64,000 nucleotides of DNA. Source: an uncultured Clostridia bacterium (GTDB lineage: Bacteria; Bacillota; Clostridia; Christensenellales; UBA1242). Shown here piece after piece: positions 20,301-25,171 of the stretch. The stretch is taken from contig CALVMK010000062.1 in NCBI GenBank assembly GCA_944345545.1, positions 4,538 to 68,537 on the forward strand. The letters run 5' to 3'. How positions within the stretch are numbered: position 1 is the first letter of the stretch; each line of letters opens with the position of its first letter. Below the pieces are notes generated by a model. The model was not told where the DNA came from, did no database searches, and saw nothing but the letters and a program-made list of their open reading frames with translations. The translations under genes and the position numbers were made by a program.

Positions 20301-22326
20301 TTGATTGATATTCGTTATCTGCAGGAAGTCCGCTTAAAAAAGCGTTTTGATATCCTTCGGCATAAGCATTTTCAAAATCTGCATTTTGTCCTAAGATAAT
20401 GTCATTGCTAAAATCGTATTTAACATTAACATTAGTGTTAGCATTGATTTTTAAATTGACATTTTCACCCCTTTTTATTGAAGCAATAAAAACATCTTGC
20501 CCATCAATAGTGGCTGTTAGCACTCTGCCAATGGAAGAAGTTTCTTGTGGAGTTGGAACAGCCAATGTAACATTATCATCTAAAGCTTTAAAAACTTCTA
20601 CTTTAGCTTTTAAAAGTTGTCCATTTGAAAATCTTATTCTAAGTTCACCAATCTCCTCAAAGTTTTCCTTAGATGTTATTTCAATATAATAAAGATTATA
20701 TGTTTCCCCATCTTTATCGGTCGTGCCCTTATAAATAGGTTGAGCAGATGCTATTTCAAAAGCATTACCAACAGATGTTAAAACGACATCACCAATAACA
20801 GAATTTGTTGGGGAAACAAGAAACTCTATTTGCTTGGTCATAGATTCATTTGAAGTTAAATAAAAAACACTATTTTCACCTTCTTTAACAGCATTATTAA
20901 ATTCAACTTTTTTAGCCCCAACTTTAGGGTTTAAGCTTAAATCTATTGATACATTTTTATTGGCATCAGAAACTACTTTAATATTTCCAGCAACATTTAC
21001 ATTGCCATTTGCAACTACATAAATGGTTGCTCCGCTTGTGGTTTTAATGACATTTTTATCACCTTCTGTTGTATAATTTAATATATTTCCATTAAAATCA
21101 TAAAATATAAAGTTACCAAGTGTCCCTGTTCCTAATTCTATTGTAAGCCCCCTATCACCTTCTGGAACTGTTGATGGGCCTATAACAAAAGATAATTCAA
21201 GACCTCTTACATTTGCATAAAAATCATAAACATCAAAACTTGTTTTATTTTCTACAAGTTCACCCTCTTGATATGTTCTTATAACTGAAACAGTGTCATA
21301 TGCAGATATGATAACTTTTTCAGTTGTAATTTTTTGATCATACTGCGAATGTTTAATTTCAAATACAAGTTCATCAGACCCTACATCACCTTTTGGACTT
21401 ATATAAAAATTATAAACTGAGCCAACAATAGAAGATGATACAACTTCAGCTATATCCCCAAATTTAAACTTAGGTGTAATTATATAATCTGCACTATTAG
21501 CAAGAATTGTAATTAAAAGACTATTTCTACTTTGTAGATTGTTTGCAATTTTAAATTCATAATAACCATTATTGTTTTCTTCTGGAGTAATTGGCTCTTG
21601 ATTTTCACCATTATTGTAATAATAATATTGTGAATACGTTATAGGATTTAAAACATTCAAAAGAATTCTTGTTGTTATTTGAGAATTAGATTTGCTTGTT
21701 GCGATAATTTCAATAGTATTATCAACAGAAACATAATCTTCCGTTACAACTAAAATGTTGTTGTTAATGCTTGCACCAAAAATATTTTCAGCAAGAGAAA
21801 ACTCTACATCTTTTTCCGTTGTATCTATTGGAGAAAAAGAAATCAATTCATTGGTTAAGTTTTTTGGAGTGTTTATTGTAACAAAAGCAAGCGATAAATC
21901 AGAAGATTGTTGAATAGAAGAAACTTTTTTTATTGAACTAACATAAAAACTTGAACTTTTTTGACCATCTAAAGCCGTTACAACAACTTGAACATTATTA
22001 ACTATTCCAGTAGCTGTAACTGTTATTTCACTGATGTTTCCACTAACAAACTTTGTTTTAGCAACAACCTTTTCACTAGTAGTGCTTGCTAAAACTTGTT
22101 TGCTAACATTGTCGGGAGCACCTTCAACAGAAACAGCAAAAGTGCTACTTGCAGTGTTATCTTCCCCTAATTCTAATACAAGTTGATTTTGAACTAAAGA
22201 ATCAGGTAAAACAACTTTAACATTTTTATAAGGGTCGCCACATGCAGTAAGCATAAAAGAAACGCCTACGATTAACATAAGCATCAATGCTATAGGAAAG
22301 GTTAAAGTTTTCTTTAAAAGTTTCAT
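5350..22326 (-). CDS. Giant surface lipoprotein, 5658 aa: Ig-like modules alternating with at least five blocks of GLUG-like beta-helix repeats (putative adhesin or envelope protein)
   Basis: Uninterrupted 16977-nt ORF in the supplied track. RBS is ACGGAGGAAGA-ATG. The N-terminus MKLLKKTLTFPIALMLMLIVGVSFMLTAC|GDPYK is a lipoprotein signal. Motifs of the form (A/V)GG(I/L)(V/A)G.N.G.I..(C/S) recur many times, for example YVGGIAGENSGNISYC, VVGGLVGKMTDGTL, AGFVYENTGIIASS and AAGGIVGENYGYLF. Block starts resemble G(T/S)..NP(F/I).I. Confidence 0.9.
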   Translation of the reverse strand: MKLLKKTLTFPIALMLMLIVGVSFMLTACGDPYKNVKVVLPDSLVQNQLVLELGEDNTASSTFAVSVEGAPDNVSKQVLASTTSEKVVAKTKFVSGNISEITVTATGIVNNVQVVVTALDGQKSSSFYVSSIKKVSSIQQSSDLSLAFVTINTPKNLTNELISFSPIDTTEKDVEFSLAENIFGASINNNILVVTEDYVSVDNTIEIIATSKSNSQITTRILLNVLNPITYSQYYYYNNGENQEPITPEENNNGYYEFKIANNLQSRNSLLITILANSADYIITPKFKFGDIAEVVSSSIVGSVYNFYISPKGDVGSDELVFEIKHSQYDQKITTEKVIISAYDTVSVIRTYQEGELVENKTSFDVYDFYANVRGLELSFVIGPSTVPEGDRGLTIELGTGTLGNFIFYDFNGNILNYTTEGDKNVIKTTSGATIYVVANGNVNVAGNIKVVSDANKNVSIDLSLNPKVGAKKVEFNNAVKEGENSVFYLTSNESMTKQIEFLVSPTNSVIGDVVLTSVGNAFEIASAQPIYKGTTDKDGETYNLYYIEITSKENFEEIGELRIRFSNGQLLKAKVEVFKALDDNVTLAVPTPQETSSIGRVLTATIDGQDVFIASIKRGENVNLKINANTNVNVKYDFSNDIILGQNADFENAYAEGYQNAFLSGLPADNEYQSTSSIVNSLYLNNYNQIIASGEGKVLVRAKITGFTLQNGKKVEYTITKYFIIESYVPITSMLLSRSSATLYSKDSVGDANINSTFVNFNVIFNNGNVQNQPTYNKLSWFIQGNEVSGTTDIDVVLVEEANELDRKTLYTITITETNSVSINAESTYQLVAGGLAIANMITDNILVKAVEFGQEINRAFNLTIRRANKVENIILDNVTEENGVYLEIEKFEGEDERQDQITYVLAHADTSNNPLNTNLIYEFLPNSNSSPTLISVDNTGKITLSKNQIIGGTGYIRIAPEDCYINGRYVVGEEDVARYIPVKVADGRSRETSYEEEDIDTIKAYIQEYPDLYYTLTKDLQQPLTSPLDTYNGKTVTFNGGFFAKKIGDDVTHTIILSETSLFTTLGNSAIVEDVTLVGEAKGAFVALINNGTINNVVVDTWVDGDEYKASTVTALTDNDILNLNIDGLDKNVSGGIASVNIGTITNCNFYGIVTNENALSYVGGIAGENSGNISYCKVEFYRYENAFSNIKGNVVGGLVGKMTDGTLSFSFAYSYVKVNGDNNAYESVLIGLDEGSSLGSLVGEISNGEVNACFASVKNSNFAGNEDNITLISYVQNAYLFGESGEYRIIANSLEIDNPPTYPDNGNAYKNISFGSDKLWNFDSLTNNRYPYFNAIMQEKELDSISEFDIKNTDLSLAFKTEDNENYVIFFYYEPEGMSLTDMENAVVASWNTISLKTLFGLNNTSSIRISVSNNAPLFTGSEYLTVNDVVTGTFTFTVFSKYDYTLKKEYNATIIYKIQDFKLDYFGRELGVDSTISIKHGDSDSVSSSISTSKIAINRAINLKQNDLEILSVITDINGEPSTVGLEIDGTKIGVHNIVTAKIQDYVYDNIKVSLKLYVNGLDEIYNNAIAETYVKSFNVKLYNGADKIEAETNELSIEPVDSFAQTVQVVIYTDKNVDENGNQCDDLMASFLNSDALKENGFSNYNGITTTITKHNEDGTFTQEEVIGYFGVESIDIYDDYRIFSNGFVSIRIENVGVVAFKNKEMTEIVEDIYSQDAKYFKQIYEVSFGILDDSLKSLNYDGQLFEISLYADSTKVSTTFNLTVETQQLSYINTSHYLLNSTIWEDYQGSDRMHYVYDTIPKTLLAPGKEGLLNVELYPTYSNYSYIEVTSNTILGSSYQVKFGLMEKVDGTKFVRKTFGYETITNGIRIFKPNLSQDIGSLYLRTFIPSDVDADTIYELSITAYNENGEALKTNKFMLSVQHVSKPDLNVNGDKQAIIARGGSGEVTISVNVDQTIDALGIENVESGTVSYDPLTYTVDENTGLKNYTTTLYASTDLTPKNGDNYIIVTATTRRVINGVVETAEDVVYVAITDFVINPEGTQLKTDAYNKDVLTLYVGTTQKLEFDFDVDSYLPNSLNLFNQYKYYNSNPEETYDQKNSYIVNGFYDELPYDFDLDSSNGVIVANFIDNLYYADTYNPDRIELSKVFNRQSGQISSNNYCAFSYDGSNLYVRGLQATTGSVNLLLRIPIQIPNGTSEPTKTYLEYYFTINVVLETNEDKPVIIDSAEKFLNIVNNEEALDYILTEDIYLLDYTPISTSMIRSFDGNNKTIHILSYNVSNEQSSIKLALFDEVSQDTTLKNIRVNTYFGGNINLSMTNVTSVDIAGFAITNNGIITNCEVVSYYVNGTGRPEPSTQGIVVNYGYSNIDIDKVQSRVAGFVVNNNNGSITNSRVGGLSLEVANSTSIIPTVFNIVAQGNIAGFVYENTGIIASSFFMNGTIVNQTSSGSDTSTAGFVINNLGEIRLSYAKGVYANSYEIHATGAGIQTASVSAGFVYQNEGIVEDSYSNIMLTTLGDKESGRLSAGFVYINTSDGIVRRCYSASRIENSNSTQMNFLGVDVNLDLQNYGLVENCYYYNSDTSLDDEYAGTDMESLYNTSVNRIIDPDVKDSFYGFAFSNSSVEGNTYDGVWYMTVQGPELVSANNIAISSRILKVEETNSDGDIVDYSFVYADGYRYGSSKNPIIIRNADEFNQVFGGDTANVSSSVAFYYDLVQNKVFGNYRIVDNIDLSSLLSDETGLTLRSTEMSLVPTYSNNGEVNGLGLIDGNSFTVSGIELVSTLGGANTSYGLFKELDNGAVIMNLNLEIKGVNATGVNYVGALSGTIKDSKIININISNGLASENAVIYGYNLAGGVAGRIIGNSYLSNISVENLTVVAGNDVGSSSQQFYNRSIRNNISYAGGIAGVIDIYTNINDYKFSTILSDPNAVGLKASGNTSVYGATVGGIVGFLGPQTMLQDALYEISSSQGEYSQKLVAYKFAAGGIVGENYGYLFMVRTEHSSNDQLEIENNYSNYYNNSSAEINRGNLKLFEYENSTSYKPKFIGGIVGEFVTGKLDKAYSKLNVTSTLAEYAGGIIGAITDRDNSSFGGLNDYGYNQTYSLTFSELYSTGDLLANTGAGGIFGLIEDGVWKQIELEKINAINYLSVPEKQGTLSGEYTIKDGKKYLNNVYDIYFMPEGSNALNILINQTNYDVNALEKILTNNDEFYFNKSLSSAVISENPNEELNGEIMISTDVQKISELINSSLVDYANEMNKIFRNAGWDQEYWTTETEDSVPHLFPHLTFKVEPSVIYIREASDLVYLQQYKNKTFIIVGNDVDGCIIKVGDYLATTKQGFTVDGFSGLLRGRTDTEEYGFDFTVYNSTEKITAPLFNGTLTGAQFSNFVITGVGKGVSADYDYRPNISSILVNTATGTTFNNITVRDCSISYTIPSTESNGYNIGLLCAVAEKSSFSDINFDNTTNAGNEVEVKIPSDTDLLNKLPNKMEISVGVLTGYLGTASSVSKISNIKFNDSFINIYLQPLNNTNKDLSLNVGHIAGASGSIDLDLINYENINDSEFNLKTNILCGENYYINTLNAGGLIGKVVGSVDANLAQKYSGQDGLTFNYSLYSLLTDNEDDAKEVKAKTGSVGGLFGSLSGSTSYQFLVDELNSNLPFRYIVNNNIKLDIYDNNDNSDEIFYFGGALGNVTDKLLINNVKTDGEVEITSNTVSYVGGVVGYVKQSFNANYLWSSLSLDFNCNAEKDNVFAGIVGYVGYSVNGEESSGVISTIQNTLNESYFDINAKKIIYGGIVGAVPTQKTTLQSNILNMRITNSVSGGEIIVGSNKEIAPNSVRVGGIVGSLSGLGSVSDSDSSNVKIVYNLTYTDLQFKQKPSSVSYVGGLVGLGARGAILHTNYSLASIIFPYSRDENSHIGALMGAVSNATSTDGNSEFQNYYSNQLALMTATDTEVNSLVVKNIGYEQTLSNISNNQNFQSTINLISSVHYGSKLNPFHIEGNYIKANNNNVAEYNTTSKNWAIIENKEVAESVYNLYLGAYGEDPFSTAMPERKYFVIDSIDSVDNAVYNIQNITLNNGAIFGDGIKISIETEIDSSNNYISNNFINILDENSFVTGVQVAVDIRTYDDSQLTHYYVEEIAGENNSTSKIATAYYGGLVGINKGIVYACNTINSQNRSDDAKVQTTMGTAGGISVNNVPDTYGTENVSVNNLIVGGLVAINETTGYIADSFSMVDIVTDSSTVENVYLAGLVGKNKGQIDSCYSTGFVQNNANFTNGYTYSFSYDENENSVSNSYSIAKAKVKTDAVTKGEIGVFGKGAGESNYYDINSTEISSNNVKELTVDDMSTYTFNGTTFNTGILNDNLSTIKFTQNPLINYGYPYFGGTGFMAEGNVSNYMIVETGDGTKENPFQIQSAGKWQQLTKSGGNGKIVTIQSDYYGTSLYNWDAHFELIYNIDFESAEVETINPVGTLNSTNQYLDEKNNYFSGTFNGNDNIISNVEIVGFDNTKNNIYQNSIASGLFGYVGPRLETANPAEIKNVILENVTVENFANSSKYKLNSSAGGIAGIAKDAIITNCYVINSSITGFNNAGGIVGYAESGSVEISKCANISSSVKSIGNRNTLEETSVDDNNIIVYVDITAGGILGFVNENIDVNIAVNINECYNTGEVVAGSEVADNGSFSDPSMADSAYAGGILGAGFTNRSEDYSNLDQETIDKIVNGEINSIITIKDCYNKGNIRANANVPDPENNRYFNLGKLDDDGNFIEDENGDVQQFNDAYKLVAKTYLMHSKYENSMAQGDHNYQSIIYAVYIRMVMRDAYASGIANNDADIISCYNIGEITNNEDDIVETIKKETNGVKNEDIKGRIDITYSLLAENYVAGRSGEFNMYTTQEVGKEEGDIPEGSVFRRDWSVVNGKVTRDGKNAGADLQIELPTLTSKVVEITSVSSGMSALAGAGTAITTKLISKGIGKLVTAVVPVAGVIAEAAILILFWDNPKSDTCLLVPNADGNINIIVGENSVGIYSIQTSELTHDNLIMNTSYYNNTLVGEGENKKGLTYDDDVEMFTGSYVAPIGYNSDILNSFSVANTCKTDGDNYNTGKTQSKENVMYDDFNGINDECANLTIDELKNMATYGETTIDYTNIIDDGDQYIYYTDRDEITINSAEYQVNTLTYKDNQYLYFSEEYSVESEPSKQDYFVVQTDNGKQILNTKDYSIFDLETTLDENYKEYYTGAGSLINKNITNYQRIYYQSGSITTSGNTATIKNPYVIIYEDVNDNVGRIVRLTEEGGTLTFNLKSNETSTEYINDYKNISITGGEPEEALKGFAGYLVKGVLGENSFTTDENGNVTGIAQNGYDYSFDKTKDYQTVCTIGFNDITIGQAYIINDNPLYLGEISNKITFEEKSDEFYSYEINGETKQKNIITYSYEIDGTPVIENPYYIYDSQNNKVQISLQPVFEGDLANVNLIYRSYPKDGGICYVIGYLRQRTISKEFISEEQQTIINDAIDNGSAQNGGSFKAQIWDFADSGAWTIDSSGIINDGLPYLKNLPIDSYSYVSYDNSNNTYNVYISQDDSKAKTLQIGETLTLFKDTENVDYKIIDGVHYIGYVQSGEETIYIASYKVFDLGIVSFTRYWTWEDYYSITVDANDYIYTEKFNGVLFKK

Positions 22327-22403
22327 TCTTCCTCCGTATTATTTTGCTTAATAATAAATTAATTAACCAAAAAAATCGACACTAAAATAAATATTTTTAT
22401 TAT

Positions 22404-22432
22404 ATTATATAAAAACAGTAATTTCATGTCAA
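22404..22432 (-). promoter_or_regulatory. Consensus sigma-A-type promoter of the giant-gene operon
   Basis: On the minus strand, TTGACA (22432-22427), an exact 17-nt spacer and TATAAT (22409-22404). This lies about 70 nt upstream of the ATG at 22326. Confidence 0.7.
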
Positions 22433-22482
22433 ATCTATTTGCAAATTTTTAATTAAAAAAGACATTTTTTGCCATTTAATTA

Positions 22483-22511
22483 TTGATTTTATTTTTATTT
22501 TTTAGTATCAT
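22483..22511 (+). promoter_or_regulatory. Promoter of the ttcA-like gene; implies a leaderless or near-leaderless mRNA
   Basis: TTGATT (22483-22488), 17-nt spacer, TATCAT (22506-22511). The ATG at 22518 is only 6 nt after the -10 box, and there is no Shine-Dalgarno sequence. Confidence 0.5.
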
Positions 22512-22517
22512 TTAAGC

Positions 22518-23228
22518 ATGAATATTCAAAGAGCAATTAACGCAATGCATAGAGCTATAGAAAGGTTCGATTTAATAGAAGAAGGAGATAAAATTGCCAT
22601 AGGGCTTTCTGGTGGTAAAGATAGTTTGTTATTGACCGCATGTATGGCAACATATAGAAGATTTAGCAAGAAAAAATTTACTTTAATAGCACTTTGTGTA
22701 GACAGTTTTAAAAACATAGATTCAAACAAATTAAAAAAATTTTGTGATACGTTTGATATAGAATTAAAGATAATTCCTTCAGATATAGGAGAAGTTGTTT
22801 TCAATATTAAAAAAGAGAAAAATCCTTGCAGTTTATGTGCAAAAATGCGAAGAGGAGCATTGTGCTCTATATGCAAAGAATTAAATTTTAATAAACTTGC
22901 TTTAGCTCATAATGCTGACGATTTGATTGAAACTTTTATGTTAAGCTTAAAATATGAAAACAGATTGAATACTCTACAACCAAAAAGTTATATGTCAAAA
23001 ACAGAAATAACATTAATTCGACCTTTAATTTATTTATGGGAAAGTCAAATTTTGGAATACACAAAAGACTTTGAAATAATAAAAAATTCATGCCCAGCTA
23101 ACAAAAAAACAGAACGTGAAAGCATGAAACAAATAATAGCAAAAATAAATAAAATTTTTCCAGAATTTAATAAAAAATTATTTGAAGGGATAATTAATTT
23201 TGAAAGATATAATTTAATAAAAAAATAA
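22518..23228 (+). CDS. ttcA: PP-loop ATPase, TtcA-family tRNA thiolation enzyme
   Basis: SGGKDS PP-loop (GLSGGKDSLLL), a CSLCAKMRRG cysteine motif, and a size (236 aa) typical of the TtcA family. Confidence 0.65.
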   Translation: MNIQRAINAMHRAIERFDLIEEGDKIAIGLSGGKDSLLLTACMATYRRFSKKKFTLIALCVDSFKNIDSNKLKKFCDTFDIELKIIPSDIGEVVFNIKKEKNPCSLCAKMRRGALCSICKELNFNKLALAHNADDLIETFMLSLKYENRLNTLQPKSYMSKTEITLIRPLIYLWESQILEYTKDFEIIKNSCPANKKTERESMKQIIAKINKIFPEFNKKLFEGIINFERYNLIKK

Positions 23229-23306
23229 AAATTAATAAAAATTAATAAAAAATAGGCTAAAAAATTAAATTTTATCCTATTTTTTTATAATTTTTTGTAC
23301 ATTTCT

Positions 23307-23564
23307 TTAATTTTTTTTAATTTTTAAATATTTATTTTTTGTTGAATTTCCGCCCCGTATATGTTTTTCGCTAAAATTTTTTTCTAAAATTTTATTTACT
23401 TTTTTATACAAATTAAAATCTATTTTTTTTAATCTATGGCTAACATCATAATGCACGGTACTTTTGCTTGTTCCAAAAATAAACGCTGTTTGTCTAACTG
23501 TGTTACCTGAATCACAAATATGCTTGCCAAATGTAATTGCTCGTTCATTTATGTCTTCTCTCAA
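23307..23564 (-). CDS. spoIIID: Sporulation transcriptional regulator SpoIIID
   Basis: 85 aa with a TTG start 7 nt after GGAGGG. The sequence ..GNTVRQTAFIFGTSKSTVHYDVSHRL..HIRGGNSTKNKY.. aligns along its length with B. subtilis SpoIIID (..VSKSTVHKDL....RGGEATK.KY). Confidence 0.85.
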   Translation of the reverse strand: MREDINERAITFGKHICDSGNTVRQTAFIFGTSKSTVHYDVSHRLKKIDFNLYKKVNKILEKNFSEKHIRGGNSTKNKYLKIKKN

Positions 23565-23587
23565 AATTCAACCCTCCATTTTCTAAC

Positions 23588-23616
23588 ATAATATGAGGGC
23601 TTTTGACAAAATATGA
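23588..23616 (-). promoter_or_regulatory. Sigma-E-like (mother-cell) promoter upstream of spoIIID
   Basis: On the minus strand, TCATATT (23616-23610), a 14-nt spacer and CATATTAT (23595-23588). The B. subtilis sigma-E consensus, as I recall it, is ZHATAXX-14-CATACAHT. Confidence 0.4.
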
Positions 23617-23662
23617 CAAATTAATTCACGCTATCATTTGACAGATTTTTATAAACTGTCAT

Positions 23663-23689
23663 AAAAAAGCCACAGTTTAACTCTGTGGC
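23663..23689 (-). terminator. Rho-independent terminator after acpP
   Basis: Stem GCCACAG/CTGTGGC (7 bp) with a 7-nt loop, followed on the minus strand by a U-run (plus-strand A-run 23663-23668). Confidence 0.7.
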
Positions 23690-23701
23690 AATTAAATAAA
23701 A

Positions 23702-23929
23702 TTATTGTTTACTTTCTATAACTTTTATTATTTCAGAAACAGTTTTCATATTTGCAGTTTCTTCGTCTGGTATGTTGATTCCAAATTCTTCTTCAAGTGT
23801 CATTAACATTTCAACTATATCCAAGGAATCTGCTCCCAAATCTTCAACTAATCTAGAATTGTCTTTAACCTTTTCAACAGGGATATTAAGTTGTGATGCA
23901 ATAAGCGACTTAACTTTTTCTTCAACCAT
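23702..23929 (-). CDS. acpP: Acyl carrier protein
   Basis: 75 aa with the LGADSLDIVEM phosphopantetheine-attachment motif and RBS AAGGAGGATAAA-ATG. Confidence 0.9.
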   Translation of the reverse strand: MVEEKVKSLIASQLNIPVEKVKDNSRLVEDLGADSLDIVEMLMTLEEEFGINIPDEETANMKTVSEIIKVIESKQ

Positions 23930-24035
23930 TTTATCCTCCTTAAAAAATCAGTTAATTATAACACAATTATAATATGAAATCAACAATTAATTAATGACAA
24001 ATAAAAAAATGCAAAATGTTTTTGCATTTTTTATC

Positions 24036-24620
24036 TTACTTTGGTTCTAATTCAAGATAATTGTTTGGATCTATTTTATTACCGTCTTCAATTAACTCAA
24101 AATGTAAGTGAGCACCAGTTTTTTGTTCATTTCCTGCAGTATCAGAAGCAGTTCCAATTTGATCACCTTTTTTTACTTTATCCCCTTGTTTAATTTTTAA
24201 ATCAGAATTTAAAGAGCCATAAACACTTTCTAAACCATTAGAATGTTTTATAACCACTTTAGTTCCTTCAAGAGAATCTTCTGTAATAGACAACACTTCG
24301 CCATCAGCAATAGCAAAAACCATGTTATTATCTGAAGTTAAATCCATTCCTTCGTGAGCTTCCCACCAAGCAAGAGTTGAATTCCACATAAGTTCTGTTC
24401 CAGAATAATCTTTTACAACACTAGGATTTTCCATAGGCAATGTAAAACTAAGTACTTCAGGATTTGTTACACTTATAACAGGGTTATCTGCAGAATTTGA
24501 TACAAGTTTATTATCTTCTGTTCCAGCAACTATTCCAATGGTAACACCAAGAGCAACAACTAATAGCCCAACCATACAATAGTAACCATACTTTTTCATG
24601 AAAAGTTTAATTTTGTTCAT
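24036..24620 (-). CDS. Membrane-anchored M23/LytM peptidase, SpoIIQ-like
   Basis: N-terminal TM segment (YYCMVGLLVVALGVTIGIVAG). Intact LytM motifs HEGMD and HLHFE. Start moved to the ATG at 24620 because of the strong RBS GGGAGGAAATT-ATG. Lies near spoIIID, as spoIIQ does in Clostridia. Confidence 0.6.
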   Translation of the reverse strand: MNKIKLFMKKYGYYCMVGLLVVALGVTIGIVAGTEDNKLVSNSADNPVISVTNPEVLSFTLPMENPSVVKDYSGTELMWNSTLAWWEAHEGMDLTSDNNMVFAIADGEVLSITEDSLEGTKVVIKHSNGLESVYGSLNSDLKIKQGDKVKKGDQIGTASDTAGNEQKTGAHLHFELIEDGNKIDPNNYLELEPK

Positions 24621-24674
24621 AATTTCCTCCCGCAACAATTATTGACACAAAATTAAAACTTTAAACATTACACA

Positions 24675-25133
24675 TTAATACGAGCCTAAAATTATAGGAA
24701 AACCAATCACTAACACATAGTTTTTGGTATTAAAAGCTAATTGAACGTTAACTTTTTGTCCATCTATGTATATAAATTTGTCTTCACCAGCAACATATCC
24801 ATAAATTGTTATAACTTCATTTATTCTACTTTGAGAATACTTTTTAATTTGATTTGAAATGTTTTCAAACTGCTTTAAACTGGAATTAAAAATAAAACTT
24901 TCTCCATAAATTCCATCAACTTTCTTCAAAGTGTCTTCATAATTTTCATAATCAAAACTAACAACATAACCATCACCATTTTTTATTATATTTCCAAAAA
25001 GGTTTGAAGAAACATTTTCTACAAATAATTCAACTTTACAATCATTTTTTAAATTAAAAAATTTTATTTCGCTACCAAGTGAACATACTGCAACAATTAC
25101 TAAAAGAAAAATAAATATTAAAAGTTTTTTCAT
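24675..25133 (-). CDS. Secreted hypothetical protein (possibly YwmB/DUF1779-like)
   Basis: Start chosen at MKKLLIFIFLLVIVAVCS (signal-peptide-like). The C-terminal ..VLVIGFPIILGSY resembles the IGTPII..EY ending of YwmB-type proteins. This is a weak call made from memory. Confidence 0.4.
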   Translation of the reverse strand: MKKLLIFIFLLVIVAVCSLGSEIKFFNLKNDCKVELFVENVSSNLFGNIIKNGDGYVVSFDYENYEDTLKKVDGIYGESFIFNSSLKQFENISNQIKKYSQSRINEVITIYGYVAGEDKFIYIDGQKVNVQLAFNTKNYVLVIGFPIILGSY

Positions 25134-25171
25134 AAAAATAGTATAGACACTATTTTTACTACTTAAACTTT

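Noticed and set aside
5254-20689. Plus-strand ORFs of 60-120 aa inside the giant gene (for example 7298-7663, 11765-12034, 18944-19165, 20399-20689), plus short minus-strand out-of-frame ORFs (15762-15950, 19929-20141).
   Set aside because: They lie antisense to, or out of frame within, an uninterrupted 17-kb ORF. They translate to Ser/Thr/Pro/Leu/Phe-rich low-complexity strings, which is typical of the reverse frame of an Asn/Gly/Val-rich gene. They have no RBS or promoter. I treat them as frame shadows.
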